A stretch of 53,513 nucleotides of DNA from a virus. Taxonomy: Duplodnaviria > Caudoviricetes. The position numbers and the translations under genes are program-made. The stretch covers positions 1 to 53,513 of the IMG/VR virus record IMGVR_UViG_3300025652_000095; one strand, given 5' to 3'. Below are positions 28,201-37,760 of this stretch, one piece after another. The notes under the pieces are model-generated. The model saw nothing but the letters and a program-made list of their open reading frames with translations. It had not been told where the DNA came from and did no database searches. Within the stretch, counting starts at the first letter, position 1; every line of letters begins with the position of its first letter.

Positions 28201-31200
28201 TAGTCTGTCCCAGGGAATTCATACACAGGTACTTTTAAGTATTGCTTGTCACCTGACTCGAACTCCATAGAGTTACTCGCTTTTGCGGTAGGCTGACGCA
28301 TAGCTTCACCAAACACATTTAGCATAGCTGTTTCTTGTACGCCACTAAATATTTCTAGAGGTCTAGTTGTTAAAGAAACATCTTCTTTACGCATCTCAAC
28401 TCTGTCAGACTTCCAATGAGCATCTTGTATAGTAGTTACAGTATTAGCTCCTGAAGCACCTATGGTTTCGCTCTGTATATTAAATAGACCTTTTTTGTCT
28501 AACTTACCGTCGTTCCCAAATAACGCTAGGTAAGACAGAGCAGCTACACGACGAGCATTTACTATAGCGTCTTGCTTAGGGTTCGAGAATAGTCCCGCAT
28601 TGTATAGTTCGTTCTTCTTTATATAAGAAGCTAAGTCTTGTTCAAACGAACCATCTCTATTAGCTCTTTTACTTGTTTCGTTGATTTGTCTAATTTTTTC
28701 TTGACTAAAAAAAGGAGACATAGAGTTTCCATTACTACCCCAACCTGTAGTTAAGAAATCGTAAGCCACAAAGAAGTTTTGTATTTCTTTTGGCATAGAA
28801 GCAAAATCTTTCTGTATTATACGAACCTGCTGTGTAAAGTCTAGCTCATTACCTATTATCTCCATATTAGGCTTAAATCTAATAACTCTAATACGTTGAG
28901 GTGTATTGTTTACCGTAACAAACTCATGATTTATTACGCTATCCATAATACCTACAAAGTTATTTACCCTATCACCAATCATTTGATTCTGGTTGAGGTA
29001 TTCATTGACTGCTTCTGTAACCAATCCGTATTGTTGTTCTTTGCTAAATTTCTGAAACTGTTCTGCAGAGTACTGCTCTCTTAGTCCATAGTCTGCATTT
29101 CTGTATATATCATATACATAACTACCAATAGGCATCTTAGAGTGTACAGCTAAACGCATAACATTTAAGGCTTTAGCCATATTAGTGTTTACGTCTTCAG
29201 TTGTAGATAAGCCTTCAAGATTTTCATGGTTAGTAAACATAGAGGTAGAGTGCACTTTTTGTACAACCTTCTTACCATCCTTTATTATAACCTTGCCGTT
29301 TTTATCTTTTTTAAACTGAGTGTTTTTTTCTGCAGCTAAGATTCCGTCATTGTTTAATAACCTAAACTCATCGGAAGAACCTAATAAACCTTCTTTATAA
29401 CCATTAGAGTAATGAGTGTCTTCTGCAAAGTATCTGTTTATAATCTGCAAGTTTACTTCTTTGTTGCGTTTGAATAACAAGTTTGCACCTAAATTATTAG
29501 CGATGTCTGTTTGTCTTTCCAAAGCCTGCATAGCCTTTTGGTGAGCTACCAACCCGTTCAATGGGTCTGCTTCAAAAGACTTATCCAGGCTTACAAAATG
29601 ACTTAAATCAAATATATCAGTACTAACCGAACTCAATGCTATAAACATTGCCATGTAGTCTGACTGAGTTGCGTTGTCTATGTTAAACTGTATACCACCT
29701 TCTTCAGTATACTTATCACTAATCAGTTTCTTTATATTAGCAGATTTATCCTCTGATACAGAATCTTTGTACAGTTTGTTTAGTTCACCTTTAGAGTCGT
29801 ACATAGCATCTAAGTATTGTGCACTTTTTATAAATGCTGATACTTTTGCAGGTGGCACACCCATCTTAATAAGCATAACAAAAATATTGCTCGTGTTCTT
29901 TACAAACATGAACTTCTGTCTTACGTTATTCTTTCCATCATCCAATACTAAGTTTAACCACTTAGCAACCTCATACCATGTACCAGAACCATCTTGCTTG
30001 ATAGAGTTGTCTATGTTAGTATAAGTCTTTCCATTATACACAATGCTTAATGGTTTTTCGTTGTATATAAGCTGTGGGTTACCCTCACCTACATAGTTGT
30101 AGACTAAGTTTTGAGAAGCTATAATACCAATCATAGGGGCATTACCCTTTGTTTGACCATACATAGCGTTAGCACCTAAAGGGTGGAAGTCATTAGGTAT
30201 GTCTTTATCTCCGTCCTCTGAACCAAACAATTCTTTATTGTGTGCCTTAGTCAAAGTTGCTATCTCTATTTCTTGTGTAAGAGAGTTTTGCACCTCTGGC
30301 ATTTTATATAAAGCTATAATGTTTTGTACAATAGAGTTTTTAGCTTTGTCTAGTGGTGATAAATCATCACCTTCTTTTACGTAGTTTAGGTGAAGCATAT
30401 CACCATCTAAGTCAGAACCTATAATAGCTGATACAGTTGGATGCACCGCAATAGTGTTACCAGGCTTGGTGGATATACCCTTTACCTTAAGAACTACTGT
30501 AGAACCTGCAGAAGAAGAAGGTATACGAGTAGCTATAAACTCAACTATCTTGCCACCATCTAAATCTTTTTGTGTAATACCTAATTGAGAAGCAGTGTGC
30601 TGAGATATAATAGCCTCAGCTGAAGTTACACTATAACCATCTTTACCTTTAACAACTGTCATGGCTTTTAAACCATCGTTTGTTTGAACAATCTCTTTGC
30701 CTTTTAACTTGTACCCGTAAATTACATCAGATTCTTGTACAGAAACCGTACCTAGTGTTCTAATCTTAAATGTATTTTTAATCAATTTAGAACGTAATAG
30801 TTTTAATGCTCGTTCACGAACAGCAGGCATATCTAAGTTACCGTCTTCAAGTAAGGTTTTTTCGTATACTGGTAAAGAGTCTGAGTCTAAATCTTTAAGA
30901 AGTAAGTCTTCTCTAGTTAGGTTCTTAATCTCTTGCTCATACTGTAGGTCCAATGCTTTAGCTACAGCATCTAGAACTTGATTTGCTCTACTTTTTACAG
31001 CTGCATTGTTGTGCTGTCTAAATAAGTTGATACCAGAAACCATCTGTTTAGATGTAGTTGCTGTAGTGGCATCTTTATCTAACTCACCTTGTATACCAAA
31101 AAATCTACCATCATAACCAAACAAGTTATTAGTAGCATCTTGTGAGTAAGAGTTTATAAATTCGTTTATCTTGTTAGGGCTACTAGACAGTGTATTCCAT

Positions 31201-34200
31201 TCTTGCAAGCTTAACTTGTTTTGTGGAGTACCTTCTTCGCCTTTGATAGAACCTTTCTTTATTGCGGAATCAGCATAAGCTATAGCGTTATGTTCAGACA
31301 AGTTATTATCTACATAGTATTGCTCTCTTGCTTTTAAGGCTTTATATATACTTTTAAGAGGGCCTTCGACCTTATCGTTTAATACAATCGTATGTCCTTT
31401 AGCATAGAAGTTGTTGTTTTCCATACCAAACATTCCTGATATAGTCTTGTTGTCTATGTTGTTTCCAAAGCCTACAAGTTTAAATGAGCCTTTAACATCT
31501 ACTATATTACCATGTTTGGCGATAAGCTTGTTAGCATGTTCTTCAGTGATGTATGATGCAGAATCCATAAGAGCAGGGCTACCAGACAACTCTACATTTC
31601 TGAGAGTTACTTTTCCATCTTCTGATGTGTCCATAACTTGCACTGTATGAGCTAGTTGCTCTGAAGACATTTCTTCGTCTTGGAACATAACTAACTCTAC
31701 TCTACCACCACTATAACTTGAATCGTGTGGCGCAATAAAACCAGTAGCACGTTTATTCTTCATGGTAAAGTCTTGCTCTTGCATAACATTACCGAACATA
31801 TCTTGTAAGTAGTACTTGTTTATTATATAATTATATATAGCTCTTGTATAGTCTGCTGGCTTAAAAGGAGATGTTTCTTCATCATACAAGTTCATCAAGT
31901 CTTGCTCGCTTCTAGCAATATCTTTGTCGTTTAACAAATCATAAGTCACACCGTTAATAGATAACGTAAACAATACATCTGTAGTAATGTTTACTTCTCC
32001 TTTTCCAATGTTAGCTTTGTTTGCGGTGTTTTTTAGTTTACCAAATTCTTTTTCTAGGTAAGCTAATGTATCTTTATTAATAACTAAGAAAGCGTCAAAG
32101 TTGTCATCATTACTATTATGACGCTCAACTAAAGACTGAAGCTTACCTTTATGATACTTCTGAAGGTCTTTAAGCTGCTTTCTAGCCTCTTTCTCTGTCA
32201 AGATAGTATTAGCATCGGCGTAGTATCTTCTAGACTTGTCAGAGTAGTCTTTTACTACTTGCTTGTATTTAGTGTTTCCGTTCTCTATAGCATCTAAAAT
32301 GTTATTTAAGTCGTTTGCTGTAACATCAAGATTGCTCATCTTATCTTTATCTACATTTTGCAATGTATCACCCTCTAGAGAAAACAATTGAAAACTGTCA
32401 TCTAAAATAGAACTAGCATAAGGATTTGTAATGCCGCTACTAGTAAACAAAGATTGATAACCCAAAGGATTTGATTCAGCATAATCTTTTAACGCTTCTT
32501 TATTGTATTCTAAAAAGTACTTACGAGTGTTCTTGTTTACTGTATTTCCTTCAGGGCTAGTTATACTGTATAAGTAAGAGTCGTCCTCCATAGACATTTT
32601 AGAAGTAATTATCTTTCTTGTTACTTCTTCTGCGCCTAGCATATCATTTAGCTTTGCGTTATCTCCTATTACCTCAATAGATGCCTTATTGTACTTTTCT
32701 GACTTGTAAGCTTCTTCTATGTTTTCTTGAAACTTACTTAGTATGTTTTGTTTTGTTGCATCAGTAATATCTACTGTTTCTAAGTTTAAAACTTTAGCTT
32801 TTGATGAATAAAAATTACCAGTGTCAAATATAACATCAAACACCTCTTTTTTCATTTTATCTTGTATCTCTGCTAAGGTGTAGTTTTCTTTTGTCACTCC
32901 AGAAAACCTTGCACTTAAGCTAGCTAAAAGCATTTCTTCTAACTTTTCTTTAGTAAAGTACTTGTTTATAGTAACGTTTCCTATAGCGCCATCTTCAATA
33001 ATTAAGTCCGTATACTGACTTGGGCTAAGTTGATTGCCTGAAGATAGTAGATAAGTGTTTACAAAATTGCGCACTTCCGAATCCGTTAATTCTTCTTTGC
33101 TAAGTAAATTGGCTAATGCACGAGAATAGTTTAATCTCTTTTTTGTAGCAGCCCATACTTTGTATTGAGACTCTGTATACTTGCTATTTGCAGAATACCC
33201 TTGACTCTTGTTGTATATAGCATTCTCAAACTTAACAATAAACTTCAAAGATTCTTTTTTACTAGACTCTATATTTACGCTTGCATCTTCTAAGTAAAAG
33301 CCTTTTTCTTCTATTACTGCATTAGCTATTTGTCTACGTAGCTTTACGCTTAACGTAGGTGATGCTACTCCGTCATTAAAAGTAAAAGCTTTATCTGTAG
33401 TCATAGAACGGAATTGTAACAATACATTTTCGTATATGTTTCCACCAGTTATATCTACTTCAGACTGTAAGTAAGTAAAGAAATCAGATAGAATAGCTGC
33501 ATTTATATCTACGGCTTTCGTAGGTTTTGCAGGCAAGCTTCTACTTTGTATTTTATTTACGGTGTCTATAAAAGCTGCATCGGTTTTTGTGCGGACCTGC
33601 ATTTGCTTAAGTAGGTACATTAAGTGCCCTTTACCTAGACGCTGTTTATACGCTCCACCTCTATCTCCCACATACCTTTCAGAGTTTATAAAGTCTGAAA
33701 TTATCATGTAAAACTTTTTACCAAAGTCTCTGTTTTCGCCATTTAAAATAGCTACTAAGGCATTGTCTTGATTTTCAATACCATCAAAGTCCATATCTAG
33801 TTGTGCTATCTCTTCTTGCGCTTGTTTGTCTATAGATTTAGCAGCTTCGTTAGAAACACTTGCCATAAACATTTCTCTTACATGCTGAGAAATTTGTTTA
33901 TCATTACTTACTAGTAAGGCTTCTACCTCATTGTATTCTTTTGTGCCAACAGTATATTTAGATAGAATAGACTTAGCTAAAGCAACTTTAGCTTTTCTAT
34001 ACATCTTACTTGTACCTACAGCAACTTTTATAGCGTCTAAAACCCTTCTAGGTTCTGCGTCTTTTAGTTGTTCTTCACTAAGTATACTAGGCATTTCATT
34101 TGCATAGAAATCTTTAGCCTGAGATATTACTTCGTCTCTAGTATTGTTTACCTCTTCTTCTATTTGTTTTACAAGCTCTTCTTTTTTAAGTTCTTGTATA

Positions 34201-37200
34201 CGAACAGTAGATGGAGATTCTTTAGCTAAAAGGCCGTACTCAGCTTCGTTTTCTTCTATAATAGTTTTAATAGCAGCAAACTTAGCTTCTAAATCAAAAC
34301 CTTCTTTTTTATATAAGCCCTTAGATGCAGTTTCTAGAGACCAATCAGATTCCTCTTTAGTGAAAGAACTAGATATTTTTTCTTTCCAAGATTTAAGCGA
34401 GTTGTTAAAAGCGTCTCTCTTCTTCTTGTCAGATATAAACATATCCTGATTGTAAGCACCGTATAAACCAGCTAGCTTAGTCAAAGACTCATCTTGTATA
34501 TTAGTCTGGTCTTTAGCTGCCAACTCAGTGTAACCTTCTTGTTGCAGTAAAGCTAAAGAGTCCTCGTAAAACTCTTTAATAGTTTCGCTAGTAGATTGCT
34601 CTACCTTGTTTAAGTATATGTAGTCTTCTATAGTAGTAGGTACAACATAAGCATCCCCTTCTTCAAGTCTTTGTCTCTGTATAACTCTTAGTGCATCTTC
34701 TTGACGAAGTATAGTAACTTCACCTTTCTTGCCTGTAGGAACAGAATACAAAATGTTTTCTTGGTAATTTAATTTTGTCTGCTTGTATATAGGCTGATTA
34801 ACTATATGGTCCATCATTTCCTGAACTTCAGGGCGGTGTCCGTATAGTTTTCTAAATATGTGAAAATTCTCATGGAAAAATGCTTCGTCTGCATTGTCAG
34901 CATCAAAGTTTATAAACGCACCTAACCCAGCTGCATAACCTGCAAAGTTAGTTCCACGTTTAGCCAAACTTACTATACCATTTACTGATACAAGACCGTC
35001 TGCGGCCTTTTCTGATAATAATGATACAACAGCATTCTCAGAACCAGCAGTAAGCAGGAACGCATTCTTTACACGTCTCTTAATTACAGCTCTTTCTGTA
35101 GCGTCTATTACTTTTCCTAAATTTTCCTTAGTAAAGGTTTTGTTTTTGTATTCTTTAACTAAATTCTTAGCAACTACTGCAGAAGCTTTTAGGCTATCAT
35201 ATACACCTTTAGCTTTTTCTTTTACAGTCTTTTTTTCTTCTACTCTACCGTCTCTTGTTTTTACAGGAGCAGGTTCTTTTTCTTCTTTTTGTTTTGCAAG
35301 TATAGCTTCTACTCTGTCTTTAGCACCCATCCTCATAGCCTCTTCTTCTTTACTAAGAGGTTGCCCTTGCTTTATCTTGTATGCTATGTCCTTTACAGTT
35401 TTATCAGACACTTTTCCAGTGTCTATAAAGTTCTGATACTCAGACTGTTTTTCTACTTTTATTTCTTCTGCCGCTGCTTTTACGGTTTCATCTGCGCGAG
35501 TAGTTTCTTTAGTAGCAACACCAGACTTAACAGTTATCGCATCTACAGAACCGTCTTTGTTTTGTCTAACAAATTCTACAGAACCATCACTTTGTAGCTT
35601 TCCTTCTTTGTAACTTTTAAAATCTTTACCCACTAAGTCTTGAGCAGCTTTTTCAGCTTGCTCGGTAGTTAGTTTGTTTTTCGCATTATCAAAGAATTCT
35701 TTATTTTTTACATCACTTGATATTAGTTTTTTATCTTCTTCTGTAAGTTGTTGACCAGAAAAATCTTTTTCTGCTAAAACTGTAAGTTGTTTGCCTTCGT
35801 TTTTAGCAAATTCTTCTGCTTTTACTCTAGAGTTAGCTGCCTCATATACGAATTTTATGTTCTCACCAGTTGCATCTAGTATATCAACCTCTTCTTTAAG
35901 AGCCAACTCAGCAGCTTTTTCTAAACCTGCAATTTCTTTGTCTGCAAACTCTTGAGACATCTTACCGTCCTCCACTAACATTTGAATCTCTTCCGCTCTT
36001 GCAGCAAACTCTTCTCTTTTCTGAGATAAGCTATTAGCTACAGTACTATTAAGCCATGCGGTAGAAACTAAACTTGTTTTCTCTTTGTTGTTTAAGTTTT
36101 GCGTAGGGTATGCTTGTACCGCCTCTTGTACTTGCATGAGTACATCAGAGTAGGCGTTAAATTGTTCTTCAGTAATAGTACCAGCTTCTTGTTGAGCTGT
36201 AAAGTACTCCATAATAACCTCAGACTCACCCTGGGTAACAGCGTTCATAATAAGAGTACGTGCTGCAGTATCTTTAGCTAACAACGTAGCTTGTTCTGCA
36301 TTTAACTCTTTTAGATTTCCATCCTTATCTTTAAACCTATAAGTACCTTCATCTAAGTCTTTGTTAAATATATCTAACACTTCATGCGACTCAGCTCTAC
36401 TTTCGATAGCTCTAGCAATAGTAGCTTTGTTTTCTGTAGAAGTACGTATAGTATTACTAACTCCAGACATTAAAAGACTTGTAGCAAAAGATAATACACG
36501 AGTGGGTCTTTGTTCGTCTGCTGTAAAGAACTCTAAGTAAGAAGGAAAGTCTTCTCCTTTAGCTTCAGCAATACGTCTTTGCACAGACCAGTCCTGGTAA
36601 ACTTCTTGAAACTGCTCTACAACACCATCAGTAACCCCTTGTGCAGCACCCATTCCAAGAGCCTTAAAACTATTCTTTATTAATGGCTTAATAGTAGGAG
36701 CTTTAAGACTTTTTATAACTTTAGTTTGAGCAGCTTTACCTAACGTGGCAGCAGCAGCTTGACCTGCTTTAGTACCAGCGGCAGTAGTAGTTGCAGCCTT
36801 TAGAGACTTGCCTAATGCACCACCTACTTTTAGTTGCCCTGCAAATAAACCATACTGAATAACATCAGCACCCATAGACGCTAAGTTATCAACAAACACT
36901 TGTCTACCGACGTGCTTTGCGTCTTGAATGCTTATTCCTTGAGTAACAGCTTCATTCATAGCTTGACCCGCTAGAGCAGCACCTTCAATCATGTTAGAAG
37001 TAGAACCTGCAGCTGTAACACTTAAACCTGATTTAATAAGCTTAGTAGCATTTAGCGTGTTTGCATACTTAGAAGACACACCTACGGAACGTCCACCTGC
37101 TGCAATAGCTTGAGCTGCTTTTTTAAACTTAGCTCCTTTAGTAAGTAAAGAAACTCCTTTAGCAGCAGCAGTTGCTGGTACTAGTAATGATAAAGCAAAA

Positions 37201-37757
37201 GGCAGCATTCTCGCTACCCCTGTTTCCCAAAAATTAATATCTGTTAAATCATCCCATGTTACATTTTCTAAATCCTGTAATCCTGGAACTGTATCTCCGT
37301 AAGATTGTAAGTAGTCTGCAAATCCGTGAAAAGCATCAGATATAGGTTTCGCTGTATCTACACCATAAACTTGTTTTGCAATTATGCTTGAAGGAGTACC
37401 ACCTACAAAATCTGCAAGGTCACCCATACTATCAAACATATCACCTACACCTACCATTAAAGACCTACCTATTTTTTCTAGGTGACCCATATCGTAATCA
37501 ATACCTGGGTTACCTGCCTCTGGTAAGTCTGGAAGCTGAGGCTGCTGTCTTGCAGCTTCTGTATAGCTCCATAAGTCAGACTCTATAGAAGTGTCTAAAC
37601 CTTGTTCAGGTTGACCAACAAGAGTTACAGGCTCTTGGGGAGCTTGTATGTTATCTTGTATTTGTGGTTCTTTAAAGTTACTATCTAATGATTGGTCGTA
37701 CTTAGCAACGTCTTGACTTGGCGTTCCTGGGTTTGGATTCCACAGATTTTCTTCCAT
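25233..37757 (-). CDS. Giant virion-associated DNA-dependent RNA polymerase polyprotein (crAss-like)
   Basis: 4174 aa; ATRIPSS...IIGSDLDGDML two-barrel RNAP catalytic loop (DLDGD at 30399-30413); zincin-like HENFH at 34860-34874; located among cargo genes. Confidence 0.88.
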   Translation of the reverse strand: MEENLWNPNPGTPSQDVAKYDQSLDSNFKEPQIQDNIQAPQEPVTLVGQPEQGLDTSIESDLWSYTEAARQQPQLPDLPEAGNPGIDYDMGHLEKIGRSLMVGVGDMFDSMGDLADFVGGTPSSIIAKQVYGVDTAKPISDAFHGFADYLQSYGDTVPGLQDLENVTWDDLTDINFWETGVARMLPFALSLLVPATAAAKGVSLLTKGAKFKKAAQAIAAGGRSVGVSSKYANTLNATKLIKSGLSVTAAGSTSNMIEGAALAGQAMNEAVTQGISIQDAKHVGRQVFVDNLASMGADVIQYGLFAGQLKVGGALGKSLKAATTTAAGTKAGQAAAATLGKAAQTKVIKSLKAPTIKPLIKNSFKALGMGAAQGVTDGVVEQFQEVYQDWSVQRRIAEAKGEDFPSYLEFFTADEQRPTRVLSFATSLLMSGVSNTIRTSTENKATIARAIESRAESHEVLDIFNKDLDEGTYRFKDKDGNLKELNAEQATLLAKDTAARTLIMNAVTQGESEVIMEYFTAQQEAGTITEEQFNAYSDVLMQVQEAVQAYPTQNLNNKEKTSLVSTAWLNSTVANSLSQKREEFAARAEEIQMLVEDGKMSQEFADKEIAGLEKAAELALKEEVDILDATGENIKFVYEAANSRVKAEEFAKNEGKQLTVLAEKDFSGQQLTEEDKKLISSDVKNKEFFDNAKNKLTTEQAEKAAQDLVGKDFKSYKEGKLQSDGSVEFVRQNKDGSVDAITVKSGVATKETTRADETVKAAAEEIKVEKQSEYQNFIDTGKVSDKTVKDIAYKIKQGQPLSKEEEAMRMGAKDRVEAILAKQKEEKEPAPVKTRDGRVEEKKTVKEKAKGVYDSLKASAVVAKNLVKEYKNKTFTKENLGKVIDATERAVIKRRVKNAFLLTAGSENAVVSLLSEKAADGLVSVNGIVSLAKRGTNFAGYAAGLGAFINFDADNADEAFFHENFHIFRKLYGHRPEVQEMMDHIVNQPIYKQTKLNYQENILYSVPTGKKGEVTILRQEDALRVIQRQRLEEGDAYVVPTTIEDYIYLNKVEQSTSETIKEFYEDSLALLQQEGYTELAAKDQTNIQDESLTKLAGLYGAYNQDMFISDKKKRDAFNNSLKSWKEKISSSFTKEESDWSLETASKGLYKKEGFDLEAKFAAIKTIIEENEAEYGLLAKESPSTVRIQELKKEELVKQIEEEVNNTRDEVISQAKDFYANEMPSILSEEQLKDAEPRRVLDAIKVAVGTSKMYRKAKVALAKSILSKYTVGTKEYNEVEALLVSNDKQISQHVREMFMASVSNEAAKSIDKQAQEEIAQLDMDFDGIENQDNALVAILNGENRDFGKKFYMIISDFINSERYVGDRGGAYKQRLGKGHLMYLLKQMQVRTKTDAAFIDTVNKIQSRSLPAKPTKAVDINAAILSDFFTYLQSEVDITGGNIYENVLLQFRSMTTDKAFTFNDGVASPTLSVKLRRQIANAVIEEKGFYLEDASVNIESSKKESLKFIVKFENAIYNKSQGYSANSKYTESQYKVWAATKKRLNYSRALANLLSKEELTDSEVRNFVNTYLLSSGNQLSPSQYTDLIIEDGAIGNVTINKYFTKEKLEEMLLASLSARFSGVTKENYTLAEIQDKMKKEVFDVIFDTGNFYSSKAKVLNLETVDITDATKQNILSKFQENIEEAYKSEKYNKASIEVIGDNAKLNDMLGAEEVTRKIITSKMSMEDDSYLYSITSPEGNTVNKNTRKYFLEYNKEALKDYAESNPLGYQSLFTSSGITNPYASSILDDSFQLFSLEGDTLQNVDKDKMSNLDVTANDLNNILDAIENGNTKYKQVVKDYSDKSRRYYADANTILTEKEARKQLKDLQKYHKGKLQSLVERHNSNDDNFDAFLVINKDTLAYLEKEFGKLKNTANKANIGKGEVNITTDVLFTLSINGVTYDLLNDKDIARSEQDLMNLYDEETSPFKPADYTRAIYNYIINKYYLQDMFGNVMQEQDFTMKNKRATGFIAPHDSSYSGGRVELVMFQDEEMSSEQLAHTVQVMDTSEDGKVTLRNVELSGSPALMDSASYITEEHANKLIAKHGNIVDVKGSFKLVGFGNNIDNKTISGMFGMENNNFYAKGHTIVLNDKVEGPLKSIYKALKAREQYYVDNNLSEHNAIAYADSAIKKGSIKGEEGTPQNKLSLQEWNTLSSSPNKINEFINSYSQDATNNLFGYDGRFFGIQGELDKDATTATTSKQMVSGINLFRQHNNAAVKSRANQVLDAVAKALDLQYEQEIKNLTREDLLLKDLDSDSLPVYEKTLLEDGNLDMPAVRERALKLLRSKLIKNTFKIRTLGTVSVQESDVIYGYKLKGKEIVQTNDGLKAMTVVKGKDGYSVTSAEAIISQHTASQLGITQKDLDGGKIVEFIATRIPSSSAGSTVVLKVKGISTKPGNTIAVHPTVSAIIGSDLDGDMLHLNYVKEGDDLSPLDKAKNSIVQNIIALYKMPEVQNSLTQEIEIATLTKAHNKELFGSEDGDKDIPNDFHPLGANAMYGQTKGNAPMIGIIASQNLVYNYVGEGNPQLIYNEKPLSIVYNGKTYTNIDNSIKQDGSGTWYEVAKWLNLVLDDGKNNVRQKFMFVKNTSNIFVMLIKMGVPPAKVSAFIKSAQYLDAMYDSKGELNKLYKDSVSEDKSANIKKLISDKYTEEGGIQFNIDNATQSDYMAMFIALSSVSTDIFDLSHFVSLDKSFEADPLNGLVAHQKAMQALERQTDIANNLGANLLFKRNKEVNLQIINRYFAEDTHYSNGYKEGLLGSSDEFRLLNNDGILAAEKNTQFKKDKNGKVIIKDGKKVVQKVHSTSMFTNHENLEGLSTTEDVNTNMAKALNVMRLAVHSKMPIGSYVYDIYRNADYGLREQYSAEQFQKFSKEQQYGLVTEAVNEYLNQNQMIGDRVNNFVGIMDSVINHEFVTVNNTPQRIRVIRFKPNMEIIGNELDFTQQVRIIQKDFASMPKEIQNFFVAYDFLTTGWGSNGNSMSPFFSQEKIRQINETSKRANRDGSFEQDLASYIKKNELYNAGLFSNPKQDAIVNARRVAALSYLALFGNDGKLDKKGLFNIQSETIGASGANTVTTIQDAHWKSDRVEMRKEDVSLTTRPLEIFSGVQETAMLNVFGEAMRQPTAKASNSMEFESGDKQYLKVPVYEFPGTDYQGVGETMSSEKYFKKMLPEGVEYKDVDPLYQNELQAKYEAYVFSVQKVKELYEELRLSNIEEANYAYDPNNKKALDAKFREAQTWFREYHDRLNYDRVTVDVDKDTIALPTESTKDYGNIDELAANPLRRYLEYNFGNHIANKQMYDWGVQNGKDFLDTITEDRRGKDISQLNMWLSPGDFGRGKPAIAYINKNMKLTHMAYTRNIHLVTKEMNDKLEALYKANFGDSTKAKAARLWLNYMPMGTRGISQKLFGNLLDEQTGLQKTILPDLTVTYRDSSDMKIKKGLVYQGGDFQGRVNTNSEAYKVLNQAERDYLEMYTKYTAFYAALIKSKGLYGKTRGTSYVPSVTSSRWETLQKRGLFGVYYQMFRGDHDLADVMIEDVNPLTGETETLDYFSWKSIYMYGSGQDIVETTVTAKSETSKTFKKGTKSDSERVKGLMRIKDKAKQHIKDGKDALGNDVAIGSRINDMMAAESEESQNRFNAKRSMTSAYLGTNNMHRALREYVSKFMFQHGNAFLDEETNTYTQLSWAGDDRVFVLDEGASRQEVEQNRLAFSGFEDKKQEVDAAIANLGGGKVFEPTVQYGAAKNKNAINYLQKVVKRGLISKERNFTFSDFESESKVTNFFVNWTMYVALGLNVPAAIGNVAIGKFNAYRQMGGTNTLLGEKRYWGVSDSKGYDHEQMKKARKMIEEFGILTYRADEIAEGVGGSSLSALIFSPMIAAENWIQQAAFLGALTEEQWNSYYIDSKGNLELKEGATGISQLELAKLERDVINVQGRGYSETDSRMIQLYALSNMLMQFKRWFPTFLKDRFGQEEIDDLGTIRMGAYTAAADFFTKLKDEGKQFDIKTWNAELKKLPKHQQEAVMRYWRGTHGVMLVAMLLGMSAMFTDDDEKDTEAMKFMEKLLGDMLLIVNAPKLTYMANVPALNTFKNLNLAVFHAVKGTEYKRESKYGKKGDKKYVSNLAQLLPSPARIPLQQKKKEKRSLR

Positions 37758-37760
37758 AAC

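Noticed and set aside
25233-37757. Intein or intron in the giant RNAP gene
   Set aside because: No C..HN(C/S/T) intein termini or LAGLIDADG motifs were noticed and the ORF is uninterrupted; an HMM search would be needed to exclude this fully.
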